Virus record (IMG/VR): IMGVR_UViG_3300027852_000024
From: a virus
DNA: 40,168 nucleotides
Direction: 5' to 3' (one strand)
In this document: positions 14,394 to 23,844 of the stretch, piece by piece
Position numbering within the stretch: the first letter of the stretch is position 1
How the letters are laid out: every line of letters begins with the position of its first letter
Notes under the pieces: model-generated
Databases searched by the model: none
The model's input: the letters and a program-made list of their open reading frames with translations, nothing else
What the model was told of the DNA's origin: nothing
Position numbers and translations under genes: made by a program

Positions 14394-16226
14394 ATGCCAA
14401 GAATACCACAATTACCGACATCAAAGGAATCCCATATAGGTGATTTTAAGATATCAACACCACGAGCAGCAAATATAAACGCACCAAGTGGACGACCAGC
14501 ACGTAACGCAGGAGGCGTAGGTGGTAGAGTGATTGGTGGTGCTGTCAAAGAACTGAGCGCAGTATTGAGAAAGATGTCACAGGAGTACTCTAAGAAAGAA
14601 GAGTTAACACGTATAGCGAATTCTCAGAAGTTACAATTCGAAATGAATGAGAAATTTAGGATTCGTAAAAAAGAAGAAGCAGAGAAAGTTGGGAGCCAAG
14701 CACTTGGGTTAGTAGAGAAGTTTAAACAAGATACAGAGGATTTAAGAGAAGGTTACATACCAGAAGACTTAGACCAAAGAACTTCTAACGAACTCAACCA
14801 GCATTTTAACTCGCAGTACAATTCACATGCTTCTTGGCTGGTAAACCACTCAATAAGACAGAGTTCTGTTGCTGACAGTGAGGCCCGGATACGTGCGATA
14901 CAAGACGCACATACCAATATAACTTCTATGGGTGTTGGCGACAGAGTTGGAATAGAGCGTGAGGTAATGAACACGCTTAAATTTGAGAAAGCTAGACACC
15001 CTGGCATAACAGAAGACCAGATGGAGACTAATGGCAGGTCGTTAAGAGAGGACTACTTAACTTTTGCGTTAACGAAGTGGGCCGCTGATAGTACTATTGG
15101 AGCATCTAATTTCTGGGAGAAGAACCAAGAGTATATAAAAAGCGCATTACCAAAAAACTATAATGTTATGGCAAAAAAGATGGAGATAGTTGAAGACGAT
15201 TCTACGTATGATATTGCGCTCGGAACTCTTGAGAGAATGTTTGGTGAAGACGATGCCGCAGCAGCTAAATTTGTAGACGAGGACACAGATGGCTTGCTAA
15301 AGTTGACCCCATCGCAACGATTAAAAATGTCGTCAACACTGTGGGCTAACAACAACCATAAGTTGGCGGAAGAAGAGCGCATAAAAAATAAGAAAGAAGA
15401 AGAGTATCTTATCAATAGCCATAATCGTTTCTTTGATCCCGAAACACGTACTCTTAACACCCCCGCAGCTTTGTCAGATCTTGAGCAGACATACAGATCA
15501 GGCGGAGTTGATTCCGCCATGTACGAGAGCAGACGTAAACAGTTGCTGACTGGTGGCGAGTTCAGCAACAGCCAAGCGCAAGATTTAATAAGAGATATTA
15601 ACAGCGTTGCGGTCACCACTAAAGGTGAAGTGCTGAATCGTATAGCAGGTACGAGCGCAAACCCCGCGCCGTTCTTCAGCGAGTTAAAGAAACGGCAAGA
15701 CCAGATATCCAGAGGTTTCACTTCTAACTGGTTTGATGTAGCGTATGACAAGTTCAACGCACTTGCGAGTATAAAGAAGAAGAAAGACTTACCATCAGAT
15801 GTGAAAGAAAAAGAATTACTTGTTAGCACAACAGAGCTACCAGCATTTAAAAAGCGTTTGGAAGAAGTTGCACGATGGGCTGGTTTGTCAGCTGGCGATC
15901 CAGAGATTGTTAACCTTGCTAACACCTTACTTGAGAGCGGCTGGTATTCTGACAAGCACCCATCATGGCACTCAGGCGGAGCCGCATGGAATGTATTTGG
16001 AGAGAAGTACCAGAGATTATGGGAGTTCCCTGAAGGTGAAGTTATGGAAGTATTACAGTCTCGTGGTCTTGAGACTGCCACTGGTGGCAGTCCCACTCTT
16101 TTCCAAAAGTACACTCCAGAAGAAGAAGAAGCTGTGGCAAGACTACATACTATGAATATACCAATCGACAGCACCAGTATAAAAAGAGCGCTCGAGATTA
16201 TAAAAATAGAAAAAGGTGGTGAATAA
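14394..16226 (+). CDS. Internal virion / ejection protein B-like (610 aa)
   Basis: Synteny; stop overlaps the next start. Confidence 0.45.
   Translation: MPRIPQLPTSKESHIGDFKISTPRAANINAPSGRPARNAGGVGGRVIGGAVKELSAVLRKMSQEYSKKEELTRIANSQKLQFEMNEKFRIRKKEEAEKVGSQALGLVEKFKQDTEDLREGYIPEDLDQRTSNELNQHFNSQYNSHASWLVNHSIRQSSVADSEARIRAIQDAHTNITSMGVGDRVGIEREVMNTLKFEKARHPGITEDQMETNGRSLREDYLTFALTKWAADSTIGASNFWEKNQEYIKSALPKNYNVMAKKMEIVEDDSTYDIALGTLERMFGEDDAAAAKFVDEDTDGLLKLTPSQRLKMSSTLWANNNHKLAEEERIKNKKEEEYLINSHNRFFDPETRTLNTPAALSDLEQTYRSGGVDSAMYESRRKQLLTGGEFSNSQAQDLIRDINSVAVTTKGEVLNRIAGTSANPAPFFSELKKRQDQISRGFTSNWFDVAYDKFNALASIKKKKDLPSDVKEKELLVSTTELPAFKKRLEEVARWAGLSAGDPEIVNLANTLLESGWYSDKHPSWHSGGAAWNVFGEKYQRLWEFPEGEVMEVLQSRGLETATGGSPTLFQKYTPEEEEAVARLHTMNIPIDSTSIKRALEIIKIEKGGE
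16073..16092. repeat. PAL-A dyad inside a CDS (GACTGCCACTGGTGGCAGTC, encodes TATGG), with both arms changed in a compensating way
   Basis: Read directly. Confidence 0.9.
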
Positions 16227-19200
16227 TGGCCACACAGAATTTGATATCGATGCTAAAAAAGCACGAGGGTTACAGGGCTAATATCTACAAAGACACACGA
16301 GGGTTTGATACTGTTGGGTATGGGCATAAAGTGACCTCACCAGAAGAGTACAGCAAAGGTGTTTCAGAAGCAGAAGCCGAAGCAATGCTTGTGCAAGACG
16401 CTGACAGAGCCAGGGCAGACGCAGAGAGAGTGTTCCCGAACTTGTCGAGCTACCCCTCTGAAAAACAAGATGCTTTTGTCAACATGACGTTTAACCTTGG
16501 CGCAAGCGGAGTTCTTGGATTCAAGAATATGCACACTGAACTACAAAAAGGCGACAAAACAGATTGGGATGTAGTCGGGCAACATATGTACGACAGCAAA
16601 TGGAGAGAACAAGTTGGCGACAGAAGCACTGAACTTATAGATATTATAAAGAAAAAAGAAGAAGCCGAAGCGGAGGTTAAAGAAGAAGCTGATTCTTTTG
16701 AAAAAATGAAGAAAGATTACGGTGTCGGTGACTCCTTCGAGAGAATGCAAGCTGAATACAAAACTCAGCAGATCATAGCGGAGGACCAAGGAATAGACGA
16801 GGACTACTTACTACCCGTAACAGCGGCTATAAGTGCATCGTCAGCTTTTTTGTTTGGGCTGCCAGCGGGGTTGGTAGCTGGTGGAGCGTCCCTGATAACA
16901 GAAGCAGGTAGCGCTATCTTGGGTAAGTTCGCAAAAAAGGTCGACCCTGCATTGGAGTTCCCTGTGTACTTTGCGTCACAGGTTGTTAGTGCTTTTTCTT
17001 TTGAGAACTGGCTGATTAATAACACTGTCAAAAAACTCGCAACTGCTGCTCCTAAATTCTGGACAAAAGAGTTCGCAGTAGCAGAAAGGAATGGGTGGCT
17101 GTCAAAAGAGTTTATCAGCGACACATCCGATATAGTCCGCAACATGGACATGGGGACAAAAGGCGCGAATAAAAAACTATTAAACCTGTACAAACAACAA
17201 GCGTACGACTACAGACTTGGAAAAGTAGGTAAGAGGTTGGAGAAATTAGAGAAAGTACCTTCAAAAGTAGCCGAAGCGAAGGACGTTATAACCCAACTCA
17301 GCAAGAAGAAAACTTTGCTTGATTCTGATTACCGTAGGTTAGCACGTATTGCTAAAGAGGATGCGTATATAGAGTATATGCCTAAGTTCAACAAGTTTAA
17401 AAACAATGCCGTAAATAAAGCAGCTAACGAGAAGTGGCAAGCATTACCAACACGAGACTTAGTGGAAGCCTTGAGAGCAGATGGTGGTATTCCTAAGAAC
17501 TACAAATTCGTTTCACCAGAGGTGGCAGAAGCTTTTGCAAAACGACATCCTGATTTGCTGAGTAAGACAGACAAAGCAGCACAACTTGAGAGTATAGCCA
17601 GAGGCTTTGACTACGAAAGCGTTGATGATGTTGTGCTTAGTGTGTTCAACACTCCAAACAAAAAACAGTTGCGTAGGATCGCATCTGCGGAATTGAAATC
17701 AGATTTTGATAAGGTGTTTATAAATGAAATATCTTCACGTGTAGCAGCTAAAGAAGCAGACTACCTGTATGAGTTGCACGGTAAAACAAAAGGATGGAAA
17801 GCTGGCCGGATATCTAAACAAAAACATATTGAGGCAACACGTAGATCAGAGGGGAAACTACCAGCAAAACTTGTTGCGATGGAAGTTAAGGCTGGTAAGA
17901 GAGCAACGTCTAAGTTGTTGGAAATACTGCAGAAGACAACAAAAAAAGATATTACACATCTACAGAGGGCGCACGCACAAAAGTTGGCTGAGTTCCAAGC
18001 CGCTGTTAGAGTAGAGAGAAAACTAAAAGTTATAAATAGAAGGCTACAAAGAAGCATTGGTATAGACGGCGAGTATGGCGCTCAACTTGACAAGTTGTTA
18101 GCCCCATTGTACAACAAGGCAGCAGGTAGACCAGCAGAGCATATGTGGAAGTTCTTGACTCGAAAGTACTATGATGAGGTGTCAATAGGAGCCGATATAC
18201 TAATCAAAAGATACAACGACTTGTTACAGACTTTACCTTTTACTGGTCGTACTTTTTTAGACCTTACTTACAACCAAGCTAAAGACCTTGACAACTTTGT
18301 CCGTGCTTTCAAATTTGTCGCCGAGAATGACAGATGGATAACCAGAATAGGTGAGAAGTATCGTTTAAAGCATCTTGTTTCCGAGATATACAACACCGCC
18401 AAGACAACTATTCCAAAGGCTAAGTTACTACAACCACGTGTTACAGGTTCACAGCTTGAGGAGTTATCAAGAGGCAGCCTTGGTAAGCTTGCTAATGCAA
18501 GAGAGTCTCTTGCTGATGTGGCTGGTGGGGCGCTTGCGTCATTAAAAAGGATTGAACCAATTTGTATACAGTTGGATGGTTTTAAAAATTTTGGCCCAGC
18601 ATGGAAAAATATATTCAACAGAACAGTGCAAGCGGAGACAGCAAAAGAAGCTTTGGGTTCTAAAGTATTTGGTAAATACGAAGAAATATTTGCAGCACAT
18701 AAAGCAGCTACCGGACTGAAACCTTCTAAATACTGGACTGCCACCAGTGGCAATCTTAATGGGTTAGCAATAAACAAAGAAACTGCTGTTCTGATGGCGC
18801 TAAATTCTAAGCACCCTAATAATATGGAAGCTATGCTAAGTGGGCTGAGGGTGTCTAAAGAAGCTATGATAAATTTTCTCGACGGAGCGATGTCAACTGC
18901 TGACAAAAAACTTGTTAACGATGTACTCGACACACTCGACGAATTGTACCCACTACTCGCTGAGATATACAAAAAGAAAACTGGTCTTGTACTACCACGG
19001 CCAGAAGGGGGTAGGTACTTCCCAATACTTAGGGACAGCAACTTCTCCAATATAAGCGAGAGTATTGATGATGTGTTCCTCGATACTGGTTCTGATTTAT
19101 TCTACACAGAGGTTAAGAAGACTTTTATGAAAGCCAGAGTAGGTGGAGTAAAAGCAGTGAAACTTGACTTTAGAGGACTGACGCAACACCTGGCGGATAT

Positions 19201-20392
19201 AGTACACTACGCTACCCATTGGGAGGCGTTGAACGACATACAAAAAATAACCAAGAACGCCAAGTTTAAAGAAGCAGTCGAATCATCTATGGGTAAAGGA
19301 GTATACCAACAGTTTGATCCGTGGATAAAAAATATGGCACGACCTTCTCGTACTAAAATAGATACATTTATGGGTAAAGCAAGACGCAACGTAACCTTCG
19401 CTTCACTTGCTTTTGTGCCCAAGATTGCGGTAAAGCAGACTCTATCTTTTGTAACGGCGATGCCAGAAATAGGATACGGTAACGCTATTAAAGCCGTAAA
19501 AGACTTTGCTCGTAGACCTCGCGAGATACGTGACGCAATAGCAGCAGCGTCACCAGAAATGGCTAACAGGTCTAAAACATGGAATAGGGACTTGATAGAA
19601 CTGATGTCAGAGATGACAGAATCGGGCACCAAAGCAACACTGATGAAAGCAGGATTCCTGATGATACACAAAGTTGATGAAATTACTGCATCAGTTGTGT
19701 GGCATGGCGGATACGAACAAGGTCTTAAACTGTTCAAAGGCAATGCTGAGTTAGCAGTAAACCACGCTAACAGATTAGTTAGAAAAACTCAGCCGGCTTC
19801 TTCTGCTAAAGACACACCTCGTATAATGCGGTCTGGCGAAGGGTGGAGAGCAGTGTCAATGTTCTATTCGTACTGGTCTGTTTTCCACAATCAGGTTGGT
19901 GAAGTAGTAGCAAAAGGTCTGTCAGGTAAGATGTCAGCAACAGAAACAATAGGTACTTTAGCATGGTTAACTATCGCCCCCGCTGTGGCACAACAGCTAA
20001 CATCAGCAGCTTGGAACACACTGACTGGCAGAGAGCAAGAAATAGAACACGGCAAAGAGGTGGCGACTGGAGCAGCATTGAACGCAATTGGTGGACTTCC
20101 GGTGCTAAGAGACATAGGAGCATCCGCACTCAGTGGGTTTGATTACCAAGTATCACCAATTGTTGCGGCACCAAAAGCAGCTTCGTCTGTGATAAAGACG
20201 CCATTCAAACTTTTCGATGACGAAGCAGAATTTAGTAAATACGACGCTGAATCTGCAGCCAAGATGCTAAGTTACTTCACGATATTTCCATCAAAAGCTG
20301 CCATAACCGCAGTGGAAGGTGCTTTACGAATATACGAAGACGACACAGATGATTATTTTGAGTTAATAGATAGACCACCATATGAAAAATAA
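16226..20392 (+). CDS. Large internal virion / ejection protein with N-terminal GH24 (T4-type) lysozyme domain
   Basis: LKKHEGYRANIYKDTRGFDTVGYGH matches the E-D-T lysozyme signature; 1388 aa in the position of T7 gp16. Confidence 0.75.
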   Translation: MATQNLISMLKKHEGYRANIYKDTRGFDTVGYGHKVTSPEEYSKGVSEAEAEAMLVQDADRARADAERVFPNLSSYPSEKQDAFVNMTFNLGASGVLGFKNMHTELQKGDKTDWDVVGQHMYDSKWREQVGDRSTELIDIIKKKEEAEAEVKEEADSFEKMKKDYGVGDSFERMQAEYKTQQIIAEDQGIDEDYLLPVTAAISASSAFLFGLPAGLVAGGASLITEAGSAILGKFAKKVDPALEFPVYFASQVVSAFSFENWLINNTVKKLATAAPKFWTKEFAVAERNGWLSKEFISDTSDIVRNMDMGTKGANKKLLNLYKQQAYDYRLGKVGKRLEKLEKVPSKVAEAKDVITQLSKKKTLLDSDYRRLARIAKEDAYIEYMPKFNKFKNNAVNKAANEKWQALPTRDLVEALRADGGIPKNYKFVSPEVAEAFAKRHPDLLSKTDKAAQLESIARGFDYESVDDVVLSVFNTPNKKQLRRIASAELKSDFDKVFINEISSRVAAKEADYLYELHGKTKGWKAGRISKQKHIEATRRSEGKLPAKLVAMEVKAGKRATSKLLEILQKTTKKDITHLQRAHAQKLAEFQAAVRVERKLKVINRRLQRSIGIDGEYGAQLDKLLAPLYNKAAGRPAEHMWKFLTRKYYDEVSIGADILIKRYNDLLQTLPFTGRTFLDLTYNQAKDLDNFVRAFKFVAENDRWITRIGEKYRLKHLVSEIYNTAKTTIPKAKLLQPRVTGSQLEELSRGSLGKLANARESLADVAGGALASLKRIEPICIQLDGFKNFGPAWKNIFNRTVQAETAKEALGSKVFGKYEEIFAAHKAATGLKPSKYWTATSGNLNGLAINKETAVLMALNSKHPNNMEAMLSGLRVSKEAMINFLDGAMSTADKKLVNDVLDTLDELYPLLAEIYKKKTGLVLPRPEGGRYFPILRDSNFSNISESIDDVFLDTGSDLFYTEVKKTFMKARVGGVKAVKLDFRGLTQHLADIVHYATHWEALNDIQKITKNAKFKEAVESSMGKGVYQQFDPWIKNMARPSRTKIDTFMGKARRNVTFASLAFVPKIAVKQTLSFVTAMPEIGYGNAIKAVKDFARRPREIRDAIAAASPEMANRSKTWNRDLIELMSEMTESGTKATLMKAGFLMIHKVDEITASVVWHGGYEQGLKLFKGNAELAVNHANRLVRKTQPASSAKDTPRIMRSGEGWRAVSMFYSYWSVFHNQVGEVVAKGLSGKMSATETIGTLAWLTIAPAVAQQLTSAAWNTLTGREQEIEHGKEVATGAALNAIGGLPVLRDIGASALSGFDYQVSPIVAAPKAASSVIKTPFKLFDDEAEFSKYDAESAAKMLSYFTIFPSKAAITAVEGALRIYEDDTDDYFELIDRPPYEK
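18736..18755. repeat. PAL-A dyad inside a CDS (GACTGCCACCAGTGGCAATC, encodes TATSGN)
   Basis: Read directly. Confidence 0.9.
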
Positions 20393-20395
20393 CGA

Positions 20396-20415
20396 GATTG
20401 CCACTGGTGGCAATC
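20396..20415. repeat. PAL-A dyad (GATTGCCACTGGTGGCAATC), perfect arms
   Basis: Between stop 20392 and AGGAG/ATG 20432. Confidence 0.95.
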
Positions 20416-20431
20416 ACAATAGGAGCATATT

Positions 20432-21769
20432 ATGACAGTATCAGGAGGCCTTGCAAGAAACGATTATAACGGCAATGATATAACTACTGAGTTTGCTGTG
20501 ACTTTTAAATTTATTTTAAACTCAGATGTGCAAGCTATTTTATATAACGCTGTTACTGCTGTTGAAACTACTCTTGTTGAGAGTACTAACTATACTTTAA
20601 CAGGGGCTGGTGAAGAATCAGGTGGAACTCTAACAATGCTCGTGGCACCAACATCTGACGAGACTCTTACTTTTGTAAGGAATTTAGTATTCTCTCAAAC
20701 ATACGATTATATAGAGCATACCACATTCCCAGCTGAATCACACGAAACTGCTCTTGACAAGTTGACAATGCTACTGCAACAATTGGACGAGTCAATGACA
20801 CGGGTTCTTAGACAGTCCGTATCACAGTCTGGATCGTTGGAGTTGCCAATAGCTATCGCCGATATGTTTCTTAGGTGGTCAGCGGATGGCAGTTTAGTTA
20901 ATTTCGATATAGCTGATCTTGGTGCGTATAGTGTAACACCATACGCCGAAACAATATTAGAGTGTGTGACTTCCTCAGAAGCCAGGGGAGTCCTCGAAAT
21001 AGACGCAACCTATGCTGTTACCGCACAAGCAGTGCCAGATAGAACAGTTACTATTTCTGAGTTGGTTGTGTTCTTTGGTAGCAGCAGAGTCGATTACGAA
21101 GGGATAGCGGCCGCCGATATGGGGACAGGTGGTGACTTTGAGACATCAACCCTCACAGCTTCGTACTACAACAAGCTCCTATTTACTCTTGATTCGTCTG
21201 GTACTCTTAATTCACACGAGGGTACAGCGTCCGCCACGATTGGTGGGGTGGTGGAACCAACATTACCAAGCGACGAATTCCCTATTTGTGTGATACTGTT
21301 CCAAGATGATGGCAGTGCTACTCCTGGCACAATTTTGGCTATATCACAAACAGCAATAACACAAACTCTACGTATTAATTCAGCACAGTTTTCAGAAGTA
21401 GTTAAGGACACTACCCCACAACTTGGTGGTGAGTTAGACGCACAAGCGCACTCAATAGGGTTTACTCTACAAGTAGCAACAGGTGGTGGGGCTACCACAG
21501 TGGACTGGAAATTAGGTAATAAAGCAAAGCACACTTTTGGGGCACAAAATGAAACATTTACATTCACTGCTCCATCTAAGCCATGTAGCTTAATGCTTAT
21601 GCTGGTGCAAGATGCTGTTGGCTCCAGGACAGTAACATGGCCAGTGTCAGTAAAATGGCCAAGTGGTATAGCACCAATTATCAGCACAGATCCAAATAGC
21701 GTGGATATAATAAGCTTCTTTTATGATGGCACAAACTACAACGGAGCAGCGAGTCTTGATTTCCAATAG
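20432..21769 (+). CDS. Putative tail fibre / receptor-binding protein (445 aa)
   Basis: Lies after the ejection proteins; N-terminus (Y.G.G..TEF.V.F....SDV...) resembles podovirus fibre N-termini. Confidence 0.5.
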   Translation: MTVSGGLARNDYNGNDITTEFAVTFKFILNSDVQAILYNAVTAVETTLVESTNYTLTGAGEESGGTLTMLVAPTSDETLTFVRNLVFSQTYDYIEHTTFPAESHETALDKLTMLLQQLDESMTRVLRQSVSQSGSLELPIAIADMFLRWSADGSLVNFDIADLGAYSVTPYAETILECVTSSEARGVLEIDATYAVTAQAVPDRTVTISELVVFFGSSRVDYEGIAAADMGTGGDFETSTLTASYYNKLLFTLDSSGTLNSHEGTASATIGGVVEPTLPSDEFPICVILFQDDGSATPGTILAISQTAITQTLRINSAQFSEVVKDTTPQLGGELDAQAHSIGFTLQVATGGGATTVDWKLGNKAKHTFGAQNETFTFTAPSKPCSLMLMLVQDAVGSRTVTWPVSVKWPSGIAPIISTDPNSVDIISFFYDGTNYNGAASLDFQ

Positions 21770-21778
21770 GAGTACATT

Positions 21779-22711
21779 ATGGGTTTAAGATACGGTAGTG
21801 GAATAGACGGCGATGTAACGATATCAGTAGATACTGTTCTGACTGAGGATAAGAATTATTATAATTTGTCAATCGCTGTAGACAAAACTCTTGATACCGC
21901 AGGGTATATTGTTAGGGTTAAAAATGTACTAAACAACTTAGGAACTATAACTAACAATAGTTCAAACGCAGGCGGTGATGCTACTTCTGGAGGAGCTACA
22001 ACAACCTCTGAGGGTGACGGAGAAGCTGGAGTAGACGGTAGAGTTGGTGGTAGTGGCGCCGGTGTGAGCGGTGGGAGTGGGGGTGCAGGCGCTTGCCAGC
22101 ATCACCAACCACCAGTTGGCGACACCCTACACACAGACGGCGGAGCGGGTGGTGATGGTGGAGCAGGTGGTAGATATGGCGGAACAGTAGATGTCTACGC
22201 AAGAACACTAACTAACACAGGTAGTATCGACGCCAATGGCGGAGATGGTGGAGATGGAGGCAATGGTGATGATGGTGAGTTTGAGGAAGGAGTGGCAAGA
22301 AATTCACCAGAACAAGAACCGTACCAAATCGATATTGCGTCTGGCGGCGGCGGCGGCGGTGGCGGCGGCTGCGGAGGCAATGGGGGTGTAGTTACATTAT
22401 ACTACGACAACAGAACTGAGGGTACTGTCACAGCTGCAGCAGGTGGAGGTGGCGCTGGCGGAACTGGTGGTTCGGGCTTTACTTGCAGTCATCTCACACC
22501 CGGAGGCACGACGTACTCAGGAGGCGTATACGGTGCTGGCGGCGGCTCAGAGGCGAACGACGGTGGTTGCGGTGGTGATGGCGTCGAAGCAACAGGTGCG
22601 TCTGGTGATGGTGATGATGGCGTGTGTGGTGAGGATGGCTCAGCAGGTAGTATTTCGTGGAACTACGAACAGGCTTCTTCTGGTGCGTTGTTCTTTGGTG
22701 CTAACTTTTAA
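21779..22711 (+). CDS. Glycine-rich (GGxGG) putative fibre / beta-solenoid protein (310 aa)
   Basis: AGGAG RBS; runs such as GGDGGDGGNGDDG, GGGGGGGGCGGNGG and AAGGGGAGGTGGSG. Confidence 0.5.
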   Translation: MGLRYGSGIDGDVTISVDTVLTEDKNYYNLSIAVDKTLDTAGYIVRVKNVLNNLGTITNNSSNAGGDATSGGATTTSEGDGEAGVDGRVGGSGAGVSGGSGGAGACQHHQPPVGDTLHTDGGAGGDGGAGGRYGGTVDVYARTLTNTGSIDANGGDGGDGGNGDDGEFEEGVARNSPEQEPYQIDIASGGGGGGGGGCGGNGGVVTLYYDNRTEGTVTAAAGGGGAGGTGGSGFTCSHLTPGGTTYSGGVYGAGGGSEANDGGCGGDGVEATGASGDGDDGVCGEDGSAGSISWNYEQASSGALFFGANF

Positions 22712-22716
22712 CTCAA

Positions 22717-22736
22717 GATTGCCACTGGTGGCAGTC
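22717..22736. repeat. PAL-A dyad (GATTGCCACTGGTGGCAGTC)
   Basis: Between stop 22711 and GGGGGA/ATG 22751. Confidence 0.9.
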
Positions 22737-22750
22737 TGAATAGGGGGATT

Positions 22751-22978
22751 ATGGATGATTGGATTAGGATTGTGTGCTCTGCTATTGCCGCTTCTGTGCT
22801 GACAGTACTTGGTTTTGCTCCTCGCCTTAGCAGAGTTGAAAGGGATGTTAATGATAAGTTGGACAAAGAAGTTTTCATAGAAGTACGAAGACACATTGAC
22901 GACAAGTTCAAAGCACAAGAAGAGTTGTTAAAAGTTATTCATGCTTCAATAAAAGATAAGAAAGGAGGTGGGGTGTAG
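22751..22978 (+). CDS. Small single-pass membrane protein (75 aa), holin-like candidate
   Basis: N-terminal hydrophobic helix IVCSAIAASVLTVLGF, then a charged helical tail. Confidence 0.5.
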   Translation: MDDWIRIVCSAIAASVLTVLGFAPRLSRVERDVNDKLDKEVFIEVRRHIDDKFKAQEELLKVIHASIKDKKGGGV

Positions 22979-23038
22979 GAAGTATTTCTGGTTTTGTTAG
23001 TTATCTTATAATCTATTAAACACAAAAGGGAATAAAAT

Positions 23039-23593
23039 ATGAAAAAGTTTCTTGTAGTACAAATTGTTGCACTGGTTGTTTTGCTTTGTTCGTCTATTAA
23101 CAGTTTCGCTGAACTTAGCGTACTTAATTATATCAGGGCGACGCACTTTTATACGTGTATGTATAACAAACCGGGAGAAGCTGCTGGCTTGGAGTATTGG
23201 GCTACGGATATAGTGAACAGGGGTGAAGAAGCAGTTGCCGAATCATTTGTTAACTGTGTAGAACTCGATATAGGCGCAATGAATAATGCCCAGTTCATCA
23301 CAAGAATGTATGTTATGGCCTTAAACAGGATGCCGGACGAAGAAGGGCTTGATTACTGGATTCAAAGAGCGAACTCAACAACAAAAGGAACTTTGATGCG
23401 TGAGTTTATAGGGGGCATTATAAACTCTCGCGACAACCACCCTGACGATGATCTGTTCGCTAACAAGGTAACTGTTGGTATCGTATACGGATGGGCGCAA
23501 GAAATACCTGATGTATGCCCAACTAACTATTATAGCTATTTGGGGGTTACAGAAGACCTTGCTACAGTGCAAGCGGCGATAGACCAATTCTAA
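23039..23593 (+). CDS. Secreted DUF4214-like protein (184 aa)
   Basis: Signal-peptide-like N-terminus; MYVMALNRMPDEEGLDYWIQRA matches the DUF4214 repeat pattern. Confidence 0.55.
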   Translation: MKKFLVVQIVALVVLLCSSINSFAELSVLNYIRATHFYTCMYNKPGEAAGLEYWATDIVNRGEEAVAESFVNCVELDIGAMNNAQFITRMYVMALNRMPDEEGLDYWIQRANSTTKGTLMREFIGGIINSRDNHPDDDLFANKVTVGIVYGWAQEIPDVCPTNYYSYLGVTEDLATVQAAIDQF

Positions 23594-23600
23594 CATAACC

Positions 23601-23628
23601 GGTGGGCGTAAAAGCCCACCACATCTTT
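23601..23628 (+). terminator. Weak intrinsic-terminator-like hairpin GGTGGGC-GTAAAA-GCCCACC followed by ACATCTTT
   Basis: 7-bp GC stem with a poor U-tract. Confidence 0.3.
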
Positions 23629-23640
23629 GAAAGGCGAACA

Positions 23641-23844
23641 ATGCGAAAGTTATACGAAGAAGCAGAGAAGTTGGCAAGACAAGCTACTGCACTTGGGGAT
23701 GATTTATTCTATCATAGCCCTGGGGCAGTTCGTGTTGATGATGTGGCTAAGACTCTGCATGATATTGGTGCCGAATACGGAAACTTGAGTATGTTGTTTA
23801 ATAATCTTAGAGTAAAAATATTGAACCATAGGGAGTCGTCATGA
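23641..23844 (+). CDS. Hypothetical protein (67 aa)
   Basis: First ATG of the ORF, preceded by GAAAGG; stop overlaps the next start (ATGA). Confidence 0.5.
   Translation: MRKLYEEAEKLARQATALGDDLFYHSPGAVRVDDVAKTLHDIGAEYGNLSMLFNNLRVKILNHRESS

Noticed and set aside
15158-16174. 338-aa minus-strand ORF, and similar long antisense ORFs at 18268..19050, 19207..19743, 10905..11870 and 21166..21687
   Set aside because: All are embedded antisense within well-supported large late genes. They lack RBSs and have Ser/Leu-rich, antisense-type composition.
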